This document shows positions 39,314 through 48,582 of a DNA stretch of 64,000 bases, piece by piece. The DNA lies in NCBI GenBank assembly GCA_963666485.2, contig CAXXUO010000004.1:64001-128000 (forward strand), read 5' to 3'. The position numbers and the translations under genes are program-made. Each line of letters starts with the position of its first letter. The stretch's first letter is position 1. Below the pieces are notes generated by a model. It had not been told where the DNA came from, made no database searches, and worked only from the letters and a program-made list of their open reading frames with translations. The stretch is from Syntrophorhabdaceae bacterium (lineage in GTDB: Bacteria > Desulfobacterota > Syntrophorhabdia > Syntrophorhabdales > Syntrophorhabdaceae).

Positions 39314-40984
39314 TTAATTGCCCGCACCTTCGAAAACCTCGCGGTATATATCAGTCATACGGTCGATGACTACTTTTGAACTGTGATATTTTTCAAACCA
39401 TTTACGGCCTTCTTCTCCAACTGTCAACCTGTATTCACGATTCTTGACTAATTTTAACAACTCCATTTCAATAGAAACGGAATCAGGTGCATTGATCACC
39501 GGAGGGAGTTGCGGATAACACCAATAGTGAAGGTGTTCTTTGTAGTTCAGGATAACAGGCTTCGCGCAAGCCATTGATTCAGGTACAACTGCTCCGAATG
39601 TACCAATGCCGTCATTGAACTGATCCAGGATGACGTCCGCAGCACAATAATAATCTTTCATCGCCGGCTTGCTCTGGATAGGCACCCAACGAACCTTATC
39701 GCTGAAACCGCATTGTGCGATCAACTCTTTCGAAAGATCTACTTCCTGACCCCACTCAAAGAAAACGACATGTGCCCTTAAGTCCGGGTTATTTGCAAAA
39801 AGTTTTCCGAGTGCTCGAATCATAATATCATTTCTCTTGAACCAACTATTTTCAAGGCCCGCGGGGCAATGCTTCCAATGGTGCCGGGAAGGAGCGACAA
39901 AAATAAATTCACTGCCAGTTTCCCTGACAATCTGTTCTCGTATCGGAGATTCGTCAGGTTTTAAAAGCTCGTCATCAATTATGTGAGGAATAAAAACATA
40001 ATTATCGAGACCGAGACGTTCCGCGGATAAATTACAGTCGGCATTGGTAATAATAATCTTCTTCGCCTTCTTTAATGCCAGCGAATAAAGTCTGCCCCGT
40101 GCAGAGTCTTCGAAGGGAAAATCCCTCATCGTCCCATGTTCATAACAAATAAAAGGCTGACCCGGACTTCCCAGCATGACATAGATGGGATCAAGGGCAT
40201 AGGCCTGGATGAGGTCATATTGTTTCAAGAAATCACTGTGAGCAATACTTCTCGGCATCCATTCCAGGATATCATTTATAGAAAGCGGTTCCGTCCGGTC
40301 AGGATAGAATTTCCGGTATTCTCGCCGGATACTCTCCAATCGGGAATGATGCTTTGCATTACAGATCTTGATATCCAATCGTTGCTTTATCCTCTGTGCC
40401 TTGTATAGAGCATAAAGAGCCAGGCTTTTTGAAAGTTCTTTGCTTTTTATAAGATGACGGATCTGACGGACCCTGTGGTTAAGTATCCTTACGCCCGGTT
40501 CTACCAACCTTACCTGCCGTTCTACCTGCCTCAAGAATTGCCTGGTGTTCGGGCCAAGAATTCTTTTGGCGTATCCCAGCACGTTGCCGGATATCGGCCG
40601 GTATATGTACGGCTCAAAGGGGGGCAGCGATACAAGGTGATCCGATAGAGCGTTTCGTCCTGCACGCTGTTGATTCGATAATCCCCCATTCGGACCGTCA
40701 TCCGACTGCTCTAATTTAGAATAATTGGCCAATTCTCGCAAAGTAAGATCGAAAAACCATTCCGGTCTCTTGAAGCCCTTGAGGTCGCATTTCGACCAAT
40801 CCGGGTTAAATTCATCAACCGTTTCATTGAGATAAACCTCGGCCCATTCCGGTTGACCCTGGCAATGACGATAATCGACGTTCAGGCAATCCGCGTCAAC
40901 CCCTCGTTTCCGAAGATATCTGCAATGAAGGTATCCATTATTCAGGATGTTTCCCACATGAAGTACTTTTTTATTTCCTATCAT
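39314..40984 (-). CDS. GT4-like glycosyltransferase
   Basis: VLHVGNILNNGY, APSRHHW, DQFNDGIGTFGAVVPESMACAKPV. Confidence 0.75.
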   Translation of the reverse strand: MIGNKKVLHVGNILNNGYLHCRYLRKRGVDADCLNVDYRHCQGQPEWAEVYLNETVDEFNPDWSKCDLKGFKRPEWFFDLTLRELANYSKLEQSDDGPNGGLSNQQRAGRNALSDHLVSLPPFEPYIYRPISGNVLGYAKRILGPNTRQFLRQVERQVRLVEPGVRILNHRVRQIRHLIKSKELSKSLALYALYKAQRIKQRLDIKICNAKHHSRLESIRREYRKFYPDRTEPLSINDILEWMPRSIAHSDFLKQYDLIQAYALDPIYVMLGSPGQPFICYEHGTMRDFPFEDSARGRLYSLALKKAKKIIITNADCNLSAERLGLDNYVFIPHIIDDELLKPDESPIREQIVRETGSEFIFVAPSRHHWKHCPAGLENSWFKRNDIMIRALGKLFANNPDLRAHVVFFEWGQEVDLSKELIAQCGFSDKVRWVPIQSKPAMKDYYCAADVILDQFNDGIGTFGAVVPESMACAKPVILNYKEHLHYWCYPQLPPVINAPDSVSIEMELLKLVKNREYRLTVGEEGRKWFEKYHSSKVVIDRMTDIYREVFEGAGN

Positions 40985-41018
40985 TACAAAGACTTCCTCA
41001 TCGCTTCACGATCGACGA

Positions 41019-42159
41019 TCATGTCCTGTCAAGCGCATTATTTACCTTCTCGACAACAAACGACTGCTCCGATTCTGTCATGCCAGGGAATAAAGGAAGG
41101 GTGATGGTCGTATCCTCGCCGAGACATGCGTTCGGAAAAACATCCGGGTCTATTCGATACTTATCCGCATAATATCCCAGGCGATGCACCGCCAGCGTTC
41201 CGGGCCTTGTCTGAATATCGTCCAACGAGAGGTGATCCATGATCCTGTTTCTTCTTGACCGTCCTCCATCCAGGAGTCTTATCACATAGGATTGATACGT
41301 GTGATGACATTTTTCGGGAATGACCGGTACGGCAATAGCCTCTATGTGCCGCAGGAATTCTGTATATCTTTCGGCAAGCATGATCCGTTCTTCGAGCAAT
41401 TTATCAAGCTTATGAAGTTGGGCGACCCCAACTGCCGCCTGTATATCGGAAAGCCTGAGATTATAACCCAGATTATTGAATGTAGACATAACCCATGGTT
41501 TTCCTGGATCGTCGATTCCTGGAGGAAGTCCTGTTGCGCCGTGGTTCCTCTGACTTCTTACCCTGGCGGCGATATCAGGTTTGTTCGTGGTGATCATTCC
41601 GCCTTCACCCGTGGTGACGACCTTCCGGGGGTGAAATGAAAAACAGCCCGCATCACCAATTGCTCCCACGGGTTTTTCTCCGTACAACGTGCCTACCGCA
41701 CATGCTGCGTCTTCAATAACAAAGAGGCCATTTTTCGCCGCGATGTCCATGATCTCGTGCATCTTCGCGGAAAGCCCGAAAAGATGTACCACTACTATTG
41801 CCTTTGTCCTGTCCGTGATTGCTCTTTCCAACGCAATGGGGTCCAGGTTATACGTATCAAGCTCAATATCCGCAAAAAACAGCCTTAGCACCGGTGTATT
41901 CCGCGCAGTGAGCCGAAGTCACCCATGTGAATGCCGGTACGATAACCTCGTCGCCGGGTCCGATTCCCAGCGCCAACATGGCAAGGTGTAAGGCGGCCGT
42001 ACAGGAGGTGGTTGCCAGTGCATGATCTACATGATGGCGCTCCGCGAACATCTTTTCAAAACGCTCAACGAACGGGCCCTGGGTCACCCACCCCGAATCC
42101 AGGCATTCCTTGAGAAGAGCTATTTCTTCTTCGTCAAACTTAGGAGCTGTCAGGTTCAT
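41019..42159 (-). pseudogene. DegT/DnrJ/EryC1/StrS aminotransferase, one +1 frameshift (possibly a sequencing error)
   Basis: Two overlapping ORFs (SCTAALH..PAFTW; VHLFG, EDAAC, SFHPRK). Removing one T from the T6 run at 41874-41879 gives AKAVFADIE and 380 codons. Confidence 0.9.
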
Positions 42160-43166
42160 AAACGACCTCTTCCACTAAATATTTTGGTAACCGCTACCCT
42201 CAGGGCGGCTATCATATCATCCGGCAAATCGACATTCACGGAACGATCCAATCGATCTATGCTGTTTTCAGTCGGACTGATGGTACAACCCAGTCTGTCC
42301 AATCCACAGCAAATACTCGACAGCGTGCTGGAAGGTTCAGAGCAAAGCTGCTCGTAAGTGATCTGCAAGGAATTTACATGTACCCCCTTCAATTCCTCGT
42401 CTATTTCCCGCCGGCATTCAAATACCTGCATCGACACGTCATGGACGGGGTCGGGGCCGTGACCCGCAAAGGGCCACGTGGAAGGTTTCAAAGACCACCA
42501 TGTACTATAGGAACCAAAACGTTCGCGCCGTGATTTCAGGATCGACGCTGCTGTCATGAAGGGATCACGTTTGATGTGTATAAAAATGCTTTTGCCGTAT
42601 ATTTCAGTCAGGTATCTTGCCTGAAGGCCGCATATGACATTTTTGAAGACAACGGGGCGCCGAAATTGACCGAGAATTTCATGGATAAGAACTTTTCTTA
42701 GCCCTTCCGCATCGAGTTCCCCCAGATGTTCCTCGGGTATCTTGTGCGTGGGGAATTGATCCAGTTTAAGCCAGTGACGCCAAAAATACCCAAATTCATG
42801 CGGTTCGTGAGCGCCTTCTGTCGTCCCGAAATTAGACCGAAAGGAAATATTACGCCGATAATCATCGCCGAGAAGCATTCCGGATAGCCTAATACCCACT
42901 GACGGCCTCATCCAAAAACGTGCAACAACATTATTGATATATCCCACCGGAAGATAACGGCTCAGCATCTGTGAAAGAAGCGTCGTTCCCGATCTCGGGG
43001 CGCCTACTATATATACGAGAGGGTATTGCGAGTCCTTCGTTTCATCTTCATCAGGAAGGTCCGCTGACTGAAGCACTTCGTTCAATTTTGCTAGATATAC
43101 CTCGTCGGCCGTTTTCTTACGAAACGCAAGTGCCCTTATCCCTGGTTCATGCGGATCAAATTCCAT
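42156..43166 (-). CDS. Sulfotransferase
   Basis: PAPS-binding IVGAPRSGTTLL, RDP...AS, YEQL. Confidence 0.88.
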   Translation of the reverse strand: MEFDPHEPGIRALAFRKKTADEVYLAKLNEVLQSADLPDEDETKDSQYPLVYIVGAPRSGTTLLSQMLSRYLPVGYINNVVARFWMRPSVGIRLSGMLLGDDYRRNISFRSNFGTTEGAHEPHEFGYFWRHWLKLDQFPTHKIPEEHLGELDAEGLRKVLIHEILGQFRRPVVFKNVICGLQARYLTEIYGKSIFIHIKRDPFMTAASILKSRRERFGSYSTWWSLKPSTWPFAGHGPDPVHDVSMQVFECRREIDEELKGVHVNSLQITYEQLCSEPSSTLSSICCGLDRLGCTISPTENSIDRLDRSVNVDLPDDMIAALRVAVTKIFSGRGRL

Positions 43167-43210
43167 CGATCACATCCATTGACAGAAAGTAGATACCAAC
43201 AAAGGGAAGG

Positions 43211-44245
43211 TCATTTCTTTTTTCCCATGAGGTAGTGTTGGGCTTCTATGGAAACCGTCTGTTCTATGATTATCTTGTTTTCGGAAAACCATGGCTTCAC
43301 TTCATCGATGGTATAACGATAGGCATATTGCGGGTGATACCAATCATAATTGACAAGAGTAGAGAACTCCTCACCAAAGTTGTCATTGTTAAAACATTTC
43401 AGGAAATTATAATAGAATAGTTCTTGAACCTTGTACTTTCCCTTTTTGATTCCGAGCAAAGGCAAGTCCTCAGTTAGACAGACCTCTTCCCGGATCTGTT
43501 GCAGCGCTTGGCCAAGCAGAGTGAATTGCCGGCATACTCTGTAAGCTTCATCATTCGGCATCCGCGAGATGACTTCCCGCAGCGCGTTGTCGCTTGATTC
43601 TCTGCAGACACCTTTCTTGTTGTAGACTGAAATGGCTACGGTGCCCCCGGGCTTTAGCACTGTGCACAAGGAACGAAATGACGCCCTGGGGTCAGGAGTA
43701 TGATGAAGGGACGCCCGGCAAATGACATAGTCAAATCTCTCACGAACAGGGATTGGACGGGATATATCCCACCTTAGAAGCATCCCGCATTTTTCCAGAT
43801 CAGGAATTCTTGGAATAATGTCGCCGAGAGAGCCATGTATATCGGCGCCTATGTAATGCATATGGCCGCTCGTAGTGTCGTCTACCAGTTCATTGGCTAT
43901 TCCGCCAAATCCGCAGGCTGCGTCATACACATAGATATCTTCGTTTGCGGCATCACTCCGGATACGGTCAAACAACCTGTCCCAACCCAATTTTGCCGCA
44001 GGCATGACCAATTTCGCTTGGGGATTCGACTGTATGAATTCAAGAAAGCCTTTTTCGCTTCCCCACTGGTCCGAATAATGCCCGGCGGTCTGATCGTTCA
44101 TGCCGCCGGAAAGATCTATATAACAAGAAGACCCCGGTAATGAATGATGACCCCCTTCGCACATCCAGGCTCCCGTATCCGTCCGTTTCGAATACGAAAG
44201 GCGGCCCCCGCAAACGGGGCATATGACAGTGCAGATCTTTCTCAT
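43211..44245 (-). CDS. SAM-dependent methyltransferase with N-terminal CxxC (Trm112-like) element
   Basis: CPVCGG, YDAACGFG, LHHTPDP, LKPGG. Confidence 0.85.
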   Translation of the reverse strand: MRKICTVICPVCGGRLSYSKRTDTGAWMCEGGHHSLPGSSCYIDLSGGMNDQTAGHYSDQWGSEKGFLEFIQSNPQAKLVMPAAKLGWDRLFDRIRSDAANEDIYVYDAACGFGGIANELVDDTTSGHMHYIGADIHGSLGDIIPRIPDLEKCGMLLRWDISRPIPVRERFDYVICRASLHHTPDPRASFRSLCTVLKPGGTVAISVYNKKGVCRESSDNALREVISRMPNDEAYRVCRQFTLLGQALQQIREEVCLTEDLPLLGIKKGKYKVQELFYYNFLKCFNNDNFGEEFSTLVNYDWYHPQYAYRYTIDEVKPWFSENKIIIEQTVSIEAQHYLMGKKK

Positions 44246-44275
44246 AACGCCTTTAGTACCTTATTTGACATCAGC

Positions 44276-45336
44276 TCACGTCAATTGATCGAAAGGAAAC
44301 ACGTAATAGTACGGGAACGCCTGCGATATTTTATCCCTATTGCGTTTAATAAGCTCCCTCGACCTCTCGGAGGCGTGAATCAGATAGGAATATGGATGAT
44401 CGACCGCACCCCAGCCCGCTTTGAACCGGTGCAGCGTCTGTTGCGTTACCCACGTCCCACCCCAGTTCCAATGCTGGAAGCCTGATTTGATTGAATCCAG
44501 CATGGCATTGAATATTATCAAAGATAAGGGTTGAAGCGGTCTATAGTCGTGTTTGATCACAGGAGTGATGTATTCTACGGTTCTGTTGAAAAATATGACC
44601 AGCAGCGCCGCGATGGGGGTAGCCTGCAACATCGCGACATAGATCTTTCTGAAAGCACTGGGAAGGCTTCGGCGCATAGCATCAAAATGCTCCCACAATT
44701 TTGTTTTGCCACCAATCGCCTCGATATTCTCAACATGGGTTTCATACAGGAATCGCCACGCCCATTCCTCATCAACCACCCGAACCGTGAACCCTTGCCG
44801 GGTAGCCTTATTTACGTTTCTCATTTTCTTCCTGACAATATGTGCAAGTTCTTCCCTGGCCCTTTCCGAGCTCCGGGGCAAAAAAGTTATCTGGCCTATC
44901 CTCTCGTCAATAAATGGGGTATTCACAACATCCTGGTATGCCCGGAAGTACTCATTTTCAAACGGCGACAATATAAGGGTCGCCGACAACAGATCGTCAT
45001 CTTTCAGATGCTCCGCATATTTTAACAGGAGGTCCTTACGGACGTTCTCGTCGTTCGGCTTGAGCAATGTGCAACCGCCATAACTTCCGTACCAGGGCAG
45101 GCTGTTCACAAACTCTTCCCGTATTCCGGATGCCGCAGACTGAATAAAGGCAGCGTCCCGCAAATCTCATCATCCTGCCAGGCCACGTAATAGGTCGTCT
45201 CGCCGCCTACCGCAGATTGCAGGAAATCCCTGAATTCAAGGCTTGAATACACGAGATTGAACTCGTTTTTCTGGAGAAACTCCTCGTATTTCTGACGGTC
45301 ATCCGGCCGTAGAACGGTAACGCGGCACGTGCTCAT
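44276..45336 (-). pseudogene. FemAB/GNAT-type (amino)acyltransferase, frameshifted near 45110-45121
   Basis: ORFs 45106..45336 and 44276..45163 join; NSLPWYGSYGG, WNWGGT, LHRFKAGWGA. Confidence 0.75.
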
Positions 45337-47020
45337 TTATCTGGCCTCTACAAGGCAATTCCTATGATATTCCATTTCTTCTTCGGATTGATCATCCATG
45401 AGAGGATTGAGCCTCGAGATCTCTTCCGGCAATGCCCGACCGGAGGCCACAAGACCAAATAACGCCAGCATGAGGGGCATAGTCTTTTCTTCGCCATGAT
45501 TTCTCACCAACCATTCACGCATTTCCTTTTCCTTGCCGAGCCTCAGATCGGCATGATCGACCAATGCGCATATATGCCTGTAAATCTGTGCCGGGGAATC
45601 CGCATTCATCGCCGGGATGGCGTCTCCCTTATACAGGGAATTATACTGGTCTTCCCGTAGTTTCATTATGATAGGTTTACCCACGGATGCAGCCTCCAGA
45701 GCCGTGGCACCGTAATAACCCATAAAGAACTGATCCATGAAAATATCACAGGAGCGATAATAATCGATCAACTTCTTCTTTCCAACGGGATTCAGGAGTA
45801 AAAATTGATCCTGTATTCCGTTTGATTCGATCATACTCCTGAGGGTGTCTCGCGTCATCACCCCAGTTGATCACGACATACCTGATATTATTCCTCTCTT
45901 TGGCTGCCTTGACGAGGATATCAAAAAACCCCGTATCCTGGCCTTTCCATTTTGTGTCCCCACCTGCTGGTCATCAGAATATAAACCCCATCCCCATGTT
46001 CCCGCACCCATTCTTTCCTGGCAGTGCCGGGGCCCGGACAGTATCGATGATCGTCCATGGGGTACGGGAGATATAACGCATTGGATAACCCAAGGCGCCT
46101 GCATTGAGCAAGTACATGGGGATTTGACGCCAGGAGGAAAACGGGCCGCGTTGTACCCTAAATGGGCGACAAGACCTAATTCATCGGACCGGCCGCAAAC
46201 CCACATCAGGTCCCCGCCGTAGGCAAAAATACAATAGGGCCGACCGCTTGCGTAGACTGCCCCGATAGGATCCATACTGTATATCATGTCATATTTTGCC
46301 AGTTCGCAGGACCATTCAAAATAGGGGATAAAACCCTGTATACCATGCGAGGGATTCCGGGCGAACGCTCTTGGCTCGATCCATGATCTTGATGAATCCG
46401 AGTCTATCCCCTTTCAGCAGTCTTGCATATCCGGTCAAAAAATTGAAACCATCCATCTGGACCGTGCGGCATGGTACTATCAAGGGGAATATTCTCTTTT
46501 ATTTTGAGAAACTCCTGTTCATTTTCAAGGTCAGCAAACTCTCCGTCAAATAACTCCCATTCCGGCGACATCAATATTGTCTTATCCAGGGGATTGAGAA
46601 ACAGGGTGGCATCTGCTCCGTATTTTTTTGACAGCATTGACCATTTGTGCATACTTTGATTCATGTTGGTACAAAACGCCAGCTTCAACGAAGATGGGTT
46701 CCGTCCGCCGTCAAACTCCATTGCGTACTGCCATATTGCTTCAGAATAAATGCGAAACCGCCTGATATTGTCCGGTGTCAAATACGGATGTTTCCATGGT
46801 GTTTCGTCCACACTGTCATATCTCGGGGAAGGGTCGAATGCAATGGTAGGGATGCGCTGGAGTAAATGATTTTTCTCACGGAGAAGAAGATCGCGGTTCT
46901 GCTGTGATCATATCGCGTTCTGCTGTGATCATATCGCGTTCATAAATCACACGATCCAGAGCAAGAATAATTTTCTTTTATTGGAGGTATTCTTAAGCCA
47001 ATTTTGAAAAGAAAACTCAT
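45337..47020 (-). pseudogene. GT4-like glycosyltransferase broken by about 7 single-base insertions
   Basis: ATG at 47020 overlaps the upstream stop. Fragments reassemble to 559 codons after removing 7 nt. C-terminal DQFFMGYYGATALEAASVGKP resembles 39314..40984. Confidence 0.75.
46897..46941. repeat. 21-bp exact tandem duplication (encodes ERDMITA x2)
   Basis: ttctgctgtgatcatatcgcg twice, followed by ttc. Confidence 0.95.
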
Positions 47021-48570
47021 ACTCTATTGTCCTGGGCCTGAGTTCCTTTATAGGGATAACAAAGCTTCATGACGGGCGATACGATACTCTCATATCGTGG
47101 AGTATCCTCTATCCTCAAGACATGGGCAAACCAGCACTGGCATTCCCTGCACGACGCAATGTCGTTGAATCGACCCGATGAATGGGCCGTCCAGAGATTC
47201 TTTAACGTATCGTTTTGCCGCAGGATCTCCTGCAGCGGGGAATCGGTAATATTGCCGATATACCCCGGGACACCACCATTGCACGGCATCACATCTCCGG
47301 AAGCCTGGACCCAGGCGCATTCTGTAATGAGATTGCACGGCAGGCGGAGCGACCGTTCGGGTTCAAAGAAACACAGGTCCGTTTGATACTTCTTGCTATG
47401 AACCTGCTCATCCATCCTGTTCTCGGGTGAAAGCGCAACATAATCCACTATTTTGAGCCATTGATCGAGGTAGACGTCTGTTTCGTGTTTGTTGCTATCC
47501 TGAACAGTAAATATGACACCTACCTGGGGATTCTTCTTGCCCAGACTGTTTCTCATTTCTATGAGCCGTCTTACATTGGATTCTATGTTTCCAATATCCC
47601 GTCCCGTAATGGTTTTATAAACCTCCGGTGATGCACCGTGCATACTGATCTTTAAGTGATCGACCTCGAGATCTATCAAGACCCGGCTGGCCTTTTCATC
47701 CATTGCCGTGGCATTCGTGGCAAAAAAGCATGCCAGTCCATTCTCTTTGATGACCCTGAGTATCCTCTCGTAGTCCAGATTATAGAATAGTTCACCTCTC
47801 CAGTACGGCACCACCGTTCTGGAGAGAGTATTGTGATAGGGATCGTCCCATTTGGCTATCTCACGAACAGTACGCTCGAACACTTCCAAAGGCATGTCCT
47901 TCTCTTCCTCAGGTCTGATATACCGCGAACCGCTGCTTTGCCTGACGCCGTGATACGGGCACATGAGACAGGAGTTGTTGCACCGTGTCGAGGTCTCGAG
48001 CTGGATCGTCCTCGGCAAATGCATATCCGCCATAAGGGCATATCCTGCAAAAAAGTCTTCTCTGCTATGTTCGAGTTCGATGAAAGACTCATTATCCAGG
48101 AATTCGCTACGGAATTGTTCGATATAGTTTGACCCGCAATTTGATAAATATCCGGCCAGCGAGGAGTTTATGCCCGGTCTCAGTGCTATAAGACCGTCCT
48201 GAACCCCGAAAGGCTGGATCCTGCCGTCAACTGCCATCGGCAGGACATGTTTGCCCGATGAAGAGGAGGCGGACAGGAAGCGTTTGATCCGGGCTGCGGA
48301 CAGATGTATGTTCCAGTCCATGGCCAGAACCACCGGGCCGTTATATTTCCTGCAGAAATCCTCTATGCTTGTCCTTTCAGCATCCGGTAGAACAGGCAGT
48401 TGATCAATATAAGACCCGTATGAGGTGGTCAACAATACCTTTTTTATGCCCGACTCGCGCATCTGCCGGGAGATAAGCGTTATTCTGTTATTTCTCTTTC
48501 GGGCCGGGCCGGAAAAGTCGTTTACAAGAATAAGTCCGGCGACACCCGAATATTTCTTTCTAAAAAACAT
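47017..48570 (-). CDS. Radical SAM protein with SPASM/twitch domain
   Basis: CNNSCLMC; C-terminal PC..GDVMPC..IGN..CREC. Confidence 0.9.
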   Translation of the reverse strand: MFFRKKYSGVAGLILVNDFSGPARKRNNRITLISRQMRESGIKKVLLTTSYGSYIDQLPVLPDAERTSIEDFCRKYNGPVVLAMDWNIHLSAARIKRFLSASSSSGKHVLPMAVDGRIQPFGVQDGLIALRPGINSSLAGYLSNCGSNYIEQFRSEFLDNESFIELEHSREDFFAGYALMADMHLPRTIQLETSTRCNNSCLMCPYHGVRQSSGSRYIRPEEEKDMPLEVFERTVREIAKWDDPYHNTLSRTVVPYWRGELFYNLDYERILRVIKENGLACFFATNATAMDEKASRVLIDLEVDHLKISMHGASPEVYKTITGRDIGNIESNVRRLIEMRNSLGKKNPQVGVIFTVQDSNKHETDVYLDQWLKIVDYVALSPENRMDEQVHSKKYQTDLCFFEPERSLRLPCNLITECAWVQASGDVMPCNGGVPGYIGNITDSPLQEILRQNDTLKNLWTAHSSGRFNDIASCRECQCWFAHVLRIEDTPRYESIVSPVMKLCYPYKGTQAQDNRV

Positions 48571-48582
48571 CGCATTCCCTCG

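Noticed and set aside
41863..41891. Programmed ribosomal frameshift in degT
   Set aside because: There is no precedent I know of in this family, and a single extra T plus many similar nearby insertions explains it more simply.
46897..46941. Direct repeat as a CRISPR array or IS target duplication
   Set aside because: Only two abutting copies, with no spacer and no cas or transposase gene; it is an in-frame coding repeat.
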